Shown here: piece by piece, positions 10,485-19,338 of the stretch
Position numbering within the stretch: the first letter of the stretch is position 1
Layout of the letters: each line of letters begins with the position of its first letter
Origin: Bacilli bacterium
GTDB taxonomy: Bacteria; Bacillota_I; Bacilli_A; RF39; UBA660
NCBI GenBank assembly: GCA_017528315.1
Contig: JAFXOW010000010.1
Coordinates: 67,367-131,366 of the forward strand
Direction of reading: 5' to 3'
DNA length: 64,000 nucleotides
The notes under the pieces: model-generated
Databases searched by the model: none
Told to the model about the DNA's origin: nothing
The model's input: only the letters and a program-made list of their open reading frames with translations
Position numbers and translations under genes: made by a program

Positions 10485-11296
10485 TGAATAAATTAAAAAA
10501 ATTTTTTATAAGAATATTAAAGTTAGTACAGCTAGATGAAATGGTATTTTTACCAGCTCATTTAGCTTTCTATTTAATATTTTTGATAATTCCAATTATT
10601 TCATTTATTGGAATTATTACTAATAAGATAAATATTTCAGATAATACATTTTTGTTAAATAATAACATTCCAAATGATATTTCTAATTTAATATTAAATG
10701 CAAATAAAATTAATTATAATAATTTTAATATGATATTATTTTTGATTATAAGTTTATATATTGCATCTCAGGGTAGTAATGCAATTATTGTTTCAAGTAA
10801 TATTTTATTTAAGATAAAAGAAAATAATAGTATTAAGATTAGAATTAAATCTATTTTTTTAACAGTAGTATTATTTATCTTAATAACATTTATGGTTATG
10901 GTACCTGTTTTAGGTGATTTAATAGTTAACTTTATAACAAACTATTTAAGAGAAAATGGAGAAATTTTAGTTCTAAATATTTATAATTTATTAAAATATC
11001 CTTTATCAATAATTTTAATTTTTATGTTAATAAAAATAATTTATATTTTAGCTCCAACTATTGATATACCAAGTAAATATATGAATAATGGAGCTATATT
11101 TACAACTATAATGTGGTTAATAATATCAAGGGTATATTCAATGTATTTAAATAATTTTAATAACTATAATTTATATTATGGAAGCTTTTCAATTATTTTA
11201 ATATTACTCATTTGGGTTTATTTATTATCCTATATTTTTGTTATAGGTATGGCTTTAAATGCAGATAATTATTTAGTAAGTACTAAAAATGATTAG
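10484..11296 (+). CDS. polytopic membrane protein, YihY/BrkB-family-like
   Basis: 270 aa with 6 predicted TM segments. Start overlaps previous stop (ATAATG). Confidence 0.4.
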   Translation: MNKLKKFFIRILKLVQLDEMVFLPAHLAFYLIFLIIPIISFIGIITNKINISDNTFLLNNNIPNDISNLILNANKINYNNFNMILFLIISLYIASQGSNAIIVSSNILFKIKENNSIKIRIKSIFLTVVLFILITFMVMVPVLGDLIVNFITNYLRENGEILVLNIYNLLKYPLSIILIFMLIKIIYILAPTIDIPSKYMNNGAIFTTIMWLIISRVYSMYLNNFNNYNLYYGSFSIILILLIWVYLLSYIFVIGMALNADNYLVSTKND

Positions 11297-11309
11297 TATC
11301 ATTTAAGAT

Positions 11310-11352
11310 AAAATAAGAAATTAATTTAAAAAAATTTTTTCTTATTTTTTTT
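11310..11352 (+). repeat. terminator-like palindromic repeat copy A (AAAATAAGAAA-loop-TTTCTTATTTT)
   Basis: Near-identical copies at 22772-22816 and 44790-44833, each directly downstream of a + strand gene. Confidence 0.6.
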
Positions 11353-11482
11353 ATAAAAAGGCTTAAATTTAAAAATTAGTATGGTTTATAGATAGTAAAT
11401 TTAGAAATTAAAAATATTAATTAAGTAAAATTAAAAATTTAATTGAAAATGTCAATAAAATGTTGATTTACAAAATTTGACA

Positions 11483-12145
11483 ATGATTGGTATCTTTGTT
11501 ATTATGGTATCAATTGATGCATTAATTTTATATTTGTTAGGAGGAGATATTATTATAGAAGTAAATCAAAAAGAAATATTACAAATTAAATATGATAATT
11601 TATATCATGATTTAATAAATCAAGATGATATAAATGTTATAAAATGGATAGTTATGACTATTCTTAATCTTTCTTATGAAGAGGTACATAAAAAATGTGT
11701 TGTAAAAAATAGTGAGATAACAAAAGTTAGTAAAAGTGATAGAAAAAAATGTGTTGAATTTGGTGCTGATAATGAGGATACGACTGCTATAAATTCTAAT
11801 GAATGGAGTAATGATTATCAAACTGTTTTACAATCAACTGGTAAAACAAATTTTATGGGAATTATAATTGATGAAAATACTAATAAACCAGTTAGAGGAT
11901 TTTTGTGTGGTGTGGAATCTAATGTACCATTTTGTTTCGAGGTGGGTAATACTTCTTTAGTTGAAAGTAGTAGATCGCTTTTAAGAACAATTTATGGTGA
12001 TAGTGCTTGTGCAGCAAATTCTAGTTCATGTACAGGAACAACTTCTTCGTCTGCTATTTATAATGATGCTAGCGGAGAGGTTACTGATATACAAATGACG
12101 AATTATTGTGATTCAGAATTTGGACATCTTATGTGTCAAGGGTAA
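11483..12145 (+). CDS. secreted/membrane-anchored Cys-rich hypothetical protein
   Basis: Hydrophobic N-terminus and 8 Cys in the C-terminal half. ORF track start TTG at 11477 coincides with a TTGACA promoter-like motif, so ATG at 11483 is preferred. Confidence 0.4.
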   Translation: MIGIFVIMVSIDALILYLLGGDIIIEVNQKEILQIKYDNLYHDLINQDDINVIKWIVMTILNLSYEEVHKKCVVKNSEITKVSKSDRKKCVEFGADNEDTTAINSNEWSNDYQTVLQSTGKTNFMGIIIDENTNKPVRGFLCGVESNVPFCFEVGNTSLVESSRSLLRTIYGDSACAANSSSCTGTTSSSAIYNDASGEVTDIQMTNYCDSEFGHLMCQG

Positions 12146-12248
12146 TATAATCTATTATTGATTATTCTCTGCAATTGATATAGTTATATTATATTTTGAA
12201 GAATAGGTTAATATAAAATTTATTGTTTTGATGAATTTAATATATATT

Positions 12249-12288
12249 AAAAGAGTAAGTGATTAATTAAAAATTACTTACTCTTTTA
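12249..12288. terminator. bidirectional terminator hairpin (AAAGAGTAAGT...ACTTACTCTTT)
   Basis: 11-bp inverted repeat between convergent genes. Confidence 0.5.
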
Positions 12289-12298
12289 GGTTATATAA

Positions 12299-13180
12299 TT
12301 ATCTTGTTGATTGTAAAGTTGTACTTTTTTCTATTTTATTTAAAATGTTATTTGCTATATCTAAGGTTTTTAAATCAGTATCATTTAAGGGATTATATTC
12401 AACTAAATCAAATGATTTTATATTATTTTGTTTAGCTAAGTAATCAGTTATTTCTTCTACTTCTTGTAAGTTTATTCCATTTTTTTCTTTAATAGTTACT
12501 CCTTTGGCAAGTTCTGGATCAATTACATCTAAATCAAAACTTATATGAACTCCGTCTGTTTTATTATTTGCAATTTTAAATGCCTGTTCCATGATTTTAT
12601 TGATTCCATATTCTTTAATATCTTTTGTGGTATAGACAGTTACTCCCATAGTTTTAATATTATTTATTTCATCCATCGCGTTTTCTTCATAAGCTCGATA
12701 TCCAACAACTACGGTATTATTTGGATTAAAGAAATTTCCTTTATGAAAATGTGATAAATCAGAGTTTAATCCATTTAAAGTTGCAAGAGGTAAACCATGG
12801 ATATTTCCAGTAATAGTAGTTTTAAAAGTATTATAATCAAGATGGGCATCAATCCAAATAAGACCAAGATTACTGTATTTCTTTATACTAGCAAGACCTG
12901 ATGCTATGGAAATACTATGATCTCCTCCGATGGTAATACAAAAATTGTTTTCTTTAATAATAGAGTTATAAATTTGTTTATTAAATTTATTTATTTCGGT
13001 TTCATTTTTTCTTAAATCAGATTTATCATGACTTTTTATAATATTATTATTTTGATGAAATAAAATAGTTTTATAATTTTTATCCACTAAATTGGGGATA
13101 ATTTTTTCGGGTCCAAGCTTTGCTCCATCAATATCAACACCTAAATCAGAACCAGCTCCAATTAATGTTACTTTTTTCAT
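12299..13180 (-). CDS. rocF: arginase (ureohydrolase family)
   Basis: 293 aa. Motifs GGDHSI, IWIDAHLD, SGNIHGLPLATLNG, SFDLDVIDP typical of arginase/agmatinase. Confidence 0.75.
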   Translation of the reverse strand: MKKVTLIGAGSDLGVDIDGAKLGPEKIIPNLVDKNYKTILFHQNNNIIKSHDKSDLRKNETEINKFNKQIYNSIIKENNFCITIGGDHSISIASGLASIKKYSNLGLIWIDAHLDYNTFKTTITGNIHGLPLATLNGLNSDLSHFHKGNFFNPNNTVVVGYRAYEENAMDEINNIKTMGVTVYTTKDIKEYGINKIMEQAFKIANNKTDGVHISFDLDVIDPELAKGVTIKEKNGINLQEVEEITDYLAKQNNIKSFDLVEYNPLNDTDLKTLDIANNILNKIEKSTTLQSTR

Positions 13181-13240
13181 TTTTTACCTCATTTTTAAAT
13201 TTCTTATATTATTTTATCATAAAATAAGATATAATGGAAT

Positions 13241-14686
13241 ATGGATGTGATTGAATTGAAAAAATTAAAGGAATTATTAGAAACTAAATTAGATGTAAAT
13301 GTAAAAGAAATTAAAATAAATTCAAAAGAAGTAAATAAGGGAGATATGTTTGTTTGTATTCATGGTGTAAAAACAGATAGACATGATTTTATAGATGAAG
13401 CTATTAAAAATGGTGCTAGTTGTATAATAGGAGAGAAAGATATAGATTGTAGTATTCCATATATAAAAGTAAAAAATACTAATTATATATTACCAGAATT
13501 GTGTCGTAAGTTTTATGATTTTGATAAACTTAATTTAAAAATAATTGGAGTAACAGGAACAGATGGTAAAACAACAACCTCAACCAGTATTCAATATTTA
13601 ATTGGAAGAGATAAATGTGGATATATTGGAACTAATGGAGTGGATTGTGCAAAATTTACTGAAGATTGTCCTAATTCAACACCAGATCCAACGTTGCTTT
13701 ATAAGTATTTTAAAGAATTTTATGAAGCAGGATGTGAGTATGTAGTAATGGAAGCATCAAGTGAAGGTTTCCTTCGAGGAAGGTTAGATGATTTGTATTT
13801 TGCTGCTGGTGGGTATACTAATATTACTTGGGAACATATTAATGTTCATGGAAGTTTTGAAAATTATGTTAATTGTAAGCTAAAATGTGCTAGTCAAACT
13901 AAAGGAAAATTTATTGTTAATTACGATGATGAATATCATGATAAATTTGAAGAAAAAAGTATAAGTAGTTTAAGTTATGGAGAAAATTCTAAGTGTGATT
14001 TATATATTAAAAATTATACAATAACACCAAGGTATACTAATGTAACTTTTGAATATCTTAATCAAGAATATTCTTTTATGTCACCTTTACTTGGTAAATT
14101 TAATGTTTATAATTTAGCTTGTGCCATGCTAATTTGTTTATCGCTTGGATTTGACATGGAAACTTTGATTGAAAATGCTATGAATATAGATGTATCAGGA
14201 CGAGTCGAAATGATTAATATGGGGCAAGATTTTCAAGTTATGGTTGATTATGCTCATACACCATATGGTATAAAATCAATTTTAGATTTTGTAAGAGTTC
14301 TTGATGTTAATAGAGCGATTGTTGTAATTGGTTCAGCTGGTGAAAGAGATTATAAAAAAAGACCAGTTATGGGACGAACAGTTATGGAAAATGCAGATTA
14401 TGCTATATTTACTTATGAAGATCCAAGAAGTGAAGATCCTCTTGATATTATTAAACAAATGGTATCAGAAGTTGATGATAAGAATAAATATGAAATAGTA
14501 ATTGATCGAAGTTTAGCTATTAAAAGAGCTATTGATTTGGCAGGGAAAAATGATATAGTTTTAGTACTTGGAAAAGGTAATGAAACTTATCAAAAATTAA
14601 AAGATAAAGTAATATACTTTAATGATATTGAAGAATGTAAAAAATGGATAACAAATAAACTTGAAAATAGTAAAATTACCAGTTAA
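13241..14686 (+). CDS. murE: UDP-N-acetylmuramoyl-tripeptide synthetase (Mur ligase, MurE-like)
   Basis: 481 aa. Mur ligase P-loop GVTGTDGKTTTS. MurE-like N-terminal and central motifs (MEASSEG…). Confidence 0.75.
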   Translation: MDVIELKKLKELLETKLDVNVKEIKINSKEVNKGDMFVCIHGVKTDRHDFIDEAIKNGASCIIGEKDIDCSIPYIKVKNTNYILPELCRKFYDFDKLNLKIIGVTGTDGKTTTSTSIQYLIGRDKCGYIGTNGVDCAKFTEDCPNSTPDPTLLYKYFKEFYEAGCEYVVMEASSEGFLRGRLDDLYFAAGGYTNITWEHINVHGSFENYVNCKLKCASQTKGKFIVNYDDEYHDKFEEKSISSLSYGENSKCDLYIKNYTITPRYTNVTFEYLNQEYSFMSPLLGKFNVYNLACAMLICLSLGFDMETLIENAMNIDVSGRVEMINMGQDFQVMVDYAHTPYGIKSILDFVRVLDVNRAIVVIGSAGERDYKKRPVMGRTVMENADYAIFTYEDPRSEDPLDIIKQMVSEVDDKNKYEIVIDRSLAIKRAIDLAGKNDIVLVLGKGNETYQKLKDKVIYFNDIEECKKWITNKLENSKITS

Positions 14687-14744
14687 AAATTGGTTGCAAA
14701 AGTGTAAAAAATTAGATATAATATGAATTCGAAAGAGGTGGATT

Positions 14745-16010
14745 ATGGAAAAAAAGAAAAATATAGTTGAGTTAACTGGTGTTATTGCAGGAGACGAGTG
14801 GACAAAAGCAATTCATGATGCGTATGACAAAAATAAAAAAAATATTAAAATGGATGGGTTTCGTCCAGGTAAAGTACCATTTGATATGTTTGTAAAAAGA
14901 AATGGAGTAGAAAGTTTATTTTTAGATGCAGCTGATTTAGTTATTAGTAAAGCTTATATTGAAGCACTTGATGAAGCAAATATAATTCCCGTTGCTGAAC
15001 CAAAAGTTGATATAAAGGAAGTAACTGAAGAGAAAATAGAATTTATTTTTAAAGTGGTAACTAAACCAGAATTAAAGATTAATAAATATAAAGATTTAAA
15101 AGTAAAAAAAGATGAATTAAAAGTTACTGATGAAGAAATTAATCATGAAATAGAACATTTACTAGAACATTATGCTGAACTTGTGATTAAAGATGGCAAA
15201 GTAGAAAAGGGAGATATTGTTATAATTGATTATATTGGAACAGTAGATGGAAAAGAATTTGAGGGAGGAAAAGCTGAAAATTATAGTTTAGTAATTGGAA
15301 GTAATACTTTTATTCCGGGATTTGAAGATCAACTAATTGGAATGGATAAAGAAGAAACTAAAGATATTAAAGTTACATTTCCAGAAGATTATCATGCTGA
15401 TGATTTAAAAGGACGCGATGCTGTATTTAAAGTAACAGTACATGAAATAAAGACTAAAGAAGCAAGAAAATTAGATGAAGAATTTTTTGAAGATTTAGGT
15501 ATGGAAGGTGTTAACTCAGAAGAAACCTTAAAGAAAAGTATTAAAGAACATTTAGAAGGACATAAAAAAACAGATATTGAAAATAAATTCGTTGAAGAAT
15601 TAATGGATAAGATTTCTAAAAATACGGAAGTTGATATTCCAGAAGAAATGGTTGAAGAAGAAATTGATCGTTTAGTTCATCGAGCTGAAGAAAATTTAAA
15701 ATATCAAGGAATTAGTTTAGACTTATATTATCAGTTTACTAAGACAACTAAAGAAGACATGAGAAAACAATTAGAACCGGAAGCATTTAAAAATGTTATG
15801 TATCGTTTAATTTTAGAAGAAGTTATGAAATTAGAAGATATAAAAGTAACAGATGAAGATGTAGAAAATGAAATTAAGAAAATAATGGATGAATTTAAAG
15901 TAACTCGTGAAGATATAGAAAAAGAATATGGAAGTTTAGATAATTTAAAATATGATTTACAAGTTAGAAAAACGTTTGAAAGACTTTCTGAATTAAATGA
16001 GGTTAAGTAA
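14745..16010 (+). CDS. tig: trigger factor
   Basis: 421 aa. Central FKBP-type PPIase domain (…IIDYIGTVDGKEFEGGKAENYSLVIGSNTFIPGFEDQLIGM…). Confidence 0.9.
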   Translation: MEKKKNIVELTGVIAGDEWTKAIHDAYDKNKKNIKMDGFRPGKVPFDMFVKRNGVESLFLDAADLVISKAYIEALDEANIIPVAEPKVDIKEVTEEKIEFIFKVVTKPELKINKYKDLKVKKDELKVTDEEINHEIEHLLEHYAELVIKDGKVEKGDIVIIDYIGTVDGKEFEGGKAENYSLVIGSNTFIPGFEDQLIGMDKEETKDIKVTFPEDYHADDLKGRDAVFKVTVHEIKTKEARKLDEEFFEDLGMEGVNSEETLKKSIKEHLEGHKKTDIENKFVEELMDKISKNTEVDIPEEMVEEEIDRLVHRAEENLKYQGISLDLYYQFTKTTKEDMRKQLEPEAFKNVMYRLILEEVMKLEDIKVTDEDVENEIKKIMDEFKVTREDIEKEYGSLDNLKYDLQVRKTFERLSELNEVK

Positions 16011-16063
16011 TTTACTTAATCTTATTTTTATGCTATTATATTTGTGGTAGGTTAGGTGATAAT

Positions 16064-16744
16064 ATGAGAATGGATCGATATGATGGAGAGGAAATAGATG
16101 TTTCTAAAAAATCAAGAACAGATAAAAATCAAGAATTATATACAGATGTATATCTTAATAATGCATATGTTGATATAAGTGAAATAGAAGAAGCTGTTGA
16201 CGAAGAAAATAAGGAAACTTTAGTAGAAAATGTAGAAATAAAACCAGAAATAGAAGTAGTTCCTCTTGTTTATAATGAAAAAAAATACGATATTAATTCT
16301 TTAATAGAAGAAGCAATAGAAAATAATAATGATAATTTAAAAAGAAGTATTGAACATACAACTGAAATAGATGGTATTATAAAAAGTATTAATGAAGCTC
16401 AAAAAGAAAAGGAACAAAATAGTGATAAGGAGTTACTAGAATTTTTAATGCCAGAAAATGATACCACAACTATTGTTGAACCTTTAGATAACGTTATAGA
16501 TAACACTGAGATGGTTGATACGAGCGTTATTCATAAAGATGAGATGAGTAATGAGATATTAGAAGAAATGACCGAAGAAAATGAACATAAAGAGCCTTTA
16601 GAAGAAAGAGAATCAGAAATGGATGATACTTTTAAAGATGAAACTAAAATTGATAAGAAAAAAATTTTTATAATTGGTGGAGTAATATTAGTAATATTAA
16701 TAATTTTAGGATTTTTAGTTTGGAAGAAAGTTATTAAATTTTAG
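16064..16744 (+). CDS. acidic hypothetical protein with C-terminal TM anchor
   Basis: 226 aa, highly E/D-rich. C-terminal hydrophobic segment IFIIGGVILVILIILGFLVW. Confidence 0.4.
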   Translation: MRMDRYDGEEIDVSKKSRTDKNQELYTDVYLNNAYVDISEIEEAVDEENKETLVENVEIKPEIEVVPLVYNEKKYDINSLIEEAIENNNDNLKRSIEHTTEIDGIIKSINEAQKEKEQNSDKELLEFLMPENDTTTIVEPLDNVIDNTEMVDTSVIHKDEMSNEILEEMTEENEHKEPLEERESEMDDTFKDETKIDKKKIFIIGGVILVILIILGFLVWKKVIKF

Positions 16745-16861
16745 TTTAGGTATAACTATTGATTTTTTAACAATTTATAAAAAAAATAAATAATATCAAT
16801 AAATGTCAATATTATTTATTTTTTTTAATATTTATTTTATTATATCTATAGGAGGTTTGTT

Positions 16862-19264
16862 ATGAAATATGCATTAGTACTTAGAAAAATATTATATAAC
16901 AATATAATTTATTATCAAGCTATAGATAAAGTTATAGGAGAAGAGACTTTTGATAATAGAATAAAAGTAATAGAAGGTGATAAATATTTAGAAAAAGAAT
17001 TGTCTTCTATTGAAGAAAAAGATAATCGATTTGTATATTTAGAAATAGATGAAGAGACTTATAATAATTATAAGATTGAATATTCATTTTATAAAGAAGA
17101 GAATAAGGAAATAGTAAATGTTGAAGATCCAGTTGAATATAATAATATTATATTAGCTTTTCATGATGAATATAACGATTTTAAAATTATTCCTGATTAT
17201 AATATAGAAGAATTAATAAATAATACTAGAGAAGATTTAAATTATTTATTAATGGGACAAATGACACCAATTAATAAGATACTTAATAAAATATATGATA
17301 ATTATATGTACTTCGAATCAGATTTAGCTAGTGAATATATTTATAAATATAAAAGTAATATTATGGTAATTGGAGAACTAGGATGTGGTAAGTCAACAAT
17401 TAAAGATTCTTTAATTAGAAATTTTGCACCCATTCCTGTTATAAGTTTTAAATTGACAGGTGATGTAGGAGAAGATATATCAGAAATTGCTAGAAGACTT
17501 TGGATACTTAGTGATGGTAATAAATTTTTAGCTGAACGAGGAATGGTAATATTTGATACTATAGAATCAATTGGAGATTATGATAACCATGGGGATTTAA
17601 ATACCTATGTTCAAGAATTAGAAGAAATTATTAAAACTCGGGATGTTTATTTAAAAAATAAGAATGGAGAAATATTTAAATTTGATTACTCATTTATAAC
17701 TAATATATTAATGTTAGATATGGATTATGATTTTTCTTCTGAAGTTAAATATGATGATTTATACTATTCTAAAATATATGGAAGTAAATTAATGGAAATG
17801 GGATTTACTCCATCCATGATTAATAATTTATTTGATAATGAGATAATATTTATGAATGAAATGACTAAAGAACTAGCAACTAGTATTTTAAAAAATAAAG
17901 AAATATCACCTTTATATCAATTAAAAAATGTTCTTGAAGAAAGAGGTAAAAAGGTTAGAATTAGTAAAAATTTTGTTTCTAATTTAGTAGATTATGGACT
18001 AGATTATAAAGAAGGTTTTCATGGTATTATTAAAACTCTTAAATATTTACAAAATAAAAAAGATATGTCGTTAAAAGAAATTAAATTTATAGAAGATGAA
18101 GTTTTTGATTTAAAGATAGGAACTGCTAATTTATTTCATGATGAATTATATAATGAGTTTATGGAAACAAATCCTGAAACTAAAACAGAGACTAAATCTA
18201 AAACTGGACTTGATGTTGATATAAAAAATAGAACAATTAATAATTTAAAAATCAGAGATGTAGTAAATATAATAAAGAAAAGAGTATTAGGACAAGATGA
18301 AGCTATTTTTAGTATTGTAAATTCTTTTTATAATCATATTTTTAATCAAAATAGAGGATACACGAAAGAAGATCTTAATGAATTAAAAGAAAATGTTTTA
18401 ATATTTGGTTCAACTGGAGTTGGAAAAACAGCAATAGTTAAAGCATTAGCTAGTATTTTTGATATTACTTATGTTAGAGAAATTGCAACAAGGTATTCTA
18501 AAACTGGATTCGTAGGTCAAGATGTTGATTCTATACTATATGATTTAGTGGATGCTGCTCATGGTGATATAGAAAAAGCGGAGCATGGAATACTTTATAT
18601 TGATGAAATTGATAAAATTAAATCAGGTGGTGGAGGTAATGTTGAAAGTATGGCTGAGGGTGTTCAAGATAACTTATTAACCTTAATAGAAGGTGATGTA
18701 AGAACTATGGAACCATCAGCTGGAAGAGCACCTTTAACATTTGATACATCAAATCTTTGGGTTATAGGAACTGGAGCTTTTGATGGACTTGATGATTGTA
18801 TTAAACAAAGAATTAAACGTGAAAGAGGATTAGGAAAAGTTGGATTTGGTGATAAGGATACAAATTTAAAAGTATTACCAGAACCAACAGATGATGATTT
18901 ACACGAATATGGATTTGATAGACAGTTTTTAAGAAGATTTCCTAATAAAGTGCCACTTCAAAACTTAAATGTTGATGTTTTCTATGATATTATTAATAAT
19001 CCTAATGGAGGTTTTGTAAACTTAATTAAGAAGGGACTAGAAAGTGATGGAATAGTTGTATCTATATCAGAAGAATTTAAGAAAGAATTAGCTAAAAAGG
19101 CAATGGAGAAAAAACAAGGAGCGGCAGGTATTAAAAGTACTTTTATTAAATACAAACAAGAAATAGATAAAAATATTCAAGATGGGGATGTAGAAAAAGT
19201 AATACTAGATAAAACTTGTATCGATAATCTTAAAAATATTACCTATGTAAAGCGTAAAAAATAA
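16862..19264 (+). CDS. clpX: tandem ClpX-like AAA+ unfoldase: degenerate N-terminal ClpX-like module plus canonical C-terminal ClpX module, no zinc-finger domain
   Basis: 800 aa. C-terminal half has ClpX Walker A GSTGVGKT, pore loop GFVGQDV, Walker B GILYIDEIDKI, RKH-like and IGF-like (VGFG) loops. N-terminal half repeats the same architecture in degenerate form (GELGCGKST, GDVGEDI, GMVIFDTIESI). Sits at the clpX position downstream of tig. Confidence 0.7.
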   Translation: MKYALVLRKILYNNIIYYQAIDKVIGEETFDNRIKVIEGDKYLEKELSSIEEKDNRFVYLEIDEETYNNYKIEYSFYKEENKEIVNVEDPVEYNNIILAFHDEYNDFKIIPDYNIEELINNTREDLNYLLMGQMTPINKILNKIYDNYMYFESDLASEYIYKYKSNIMVIGELGCGKSTIKDSLIRNFAPIPVISFKLTGDVGEDISEIARRLWILSDGNKFLAERGMVIFDTIESIGDYDNHGDLNTYVQELEEIIKTRDVYLKNKNGEIFKFDYSFITNILMLDMDYDFSSEVKYDDLYYSKIYGSKLMEMGFTPSMINNLFDNEIIFMNEMTKELATSILKNKEISPLYQLKNVLEERGKKVRISKNFVSNLVDYGLDYKEGFHGIIKTLKYLQNKKDMSLKEIKFIEDEVFDLKIGTANLFHDELYNEFMETNPETKTETKSKTGLDVDIKNRTINNLKIRDVVNIIKKRVLGQDEAIFSIVNSFYNHIFNQNRGYTKEDLNELKENVLIFGSTGVGKTAIVKALASIFDITYVREIATRYSKTGFVGQDVDSILYDLVDAAHGDIEKAEHGILYIDEIDKIKSGGGGNVESMAEGVQDNLLTLIEGDVRTMEPSAGRAPLTFDTSNLWVIGTGAFDGLDDCIKQRIKRERGLGKVGFGDKDTNLKVLPEPTDDDLHEYGFDRQFLRRFPNKVPLQNLNVDVFYDIINNPNGGFVNLIKKGLESDGIVVSISEEFKKELAKKAMEKKQGAAGIKSTFIKYKQEIDKNIQDGDVEKVILDKTCIDNLKNITYVKRKK

Positions 19265-19338
19265 ATAATATCGAAAAATATAGAAAAATTATCTATATTT
19301 TTTTTTAATTATATGATAATATATAAATAGAATAAAGG

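Noticed and set aside
11477-11482. TTG start codon for ORF 11477-12145 given in the ORF track
   Set aside because: The TTG is part of the TTGACA promoter-like hexamer. ATG at 11483 is a more plausible start.
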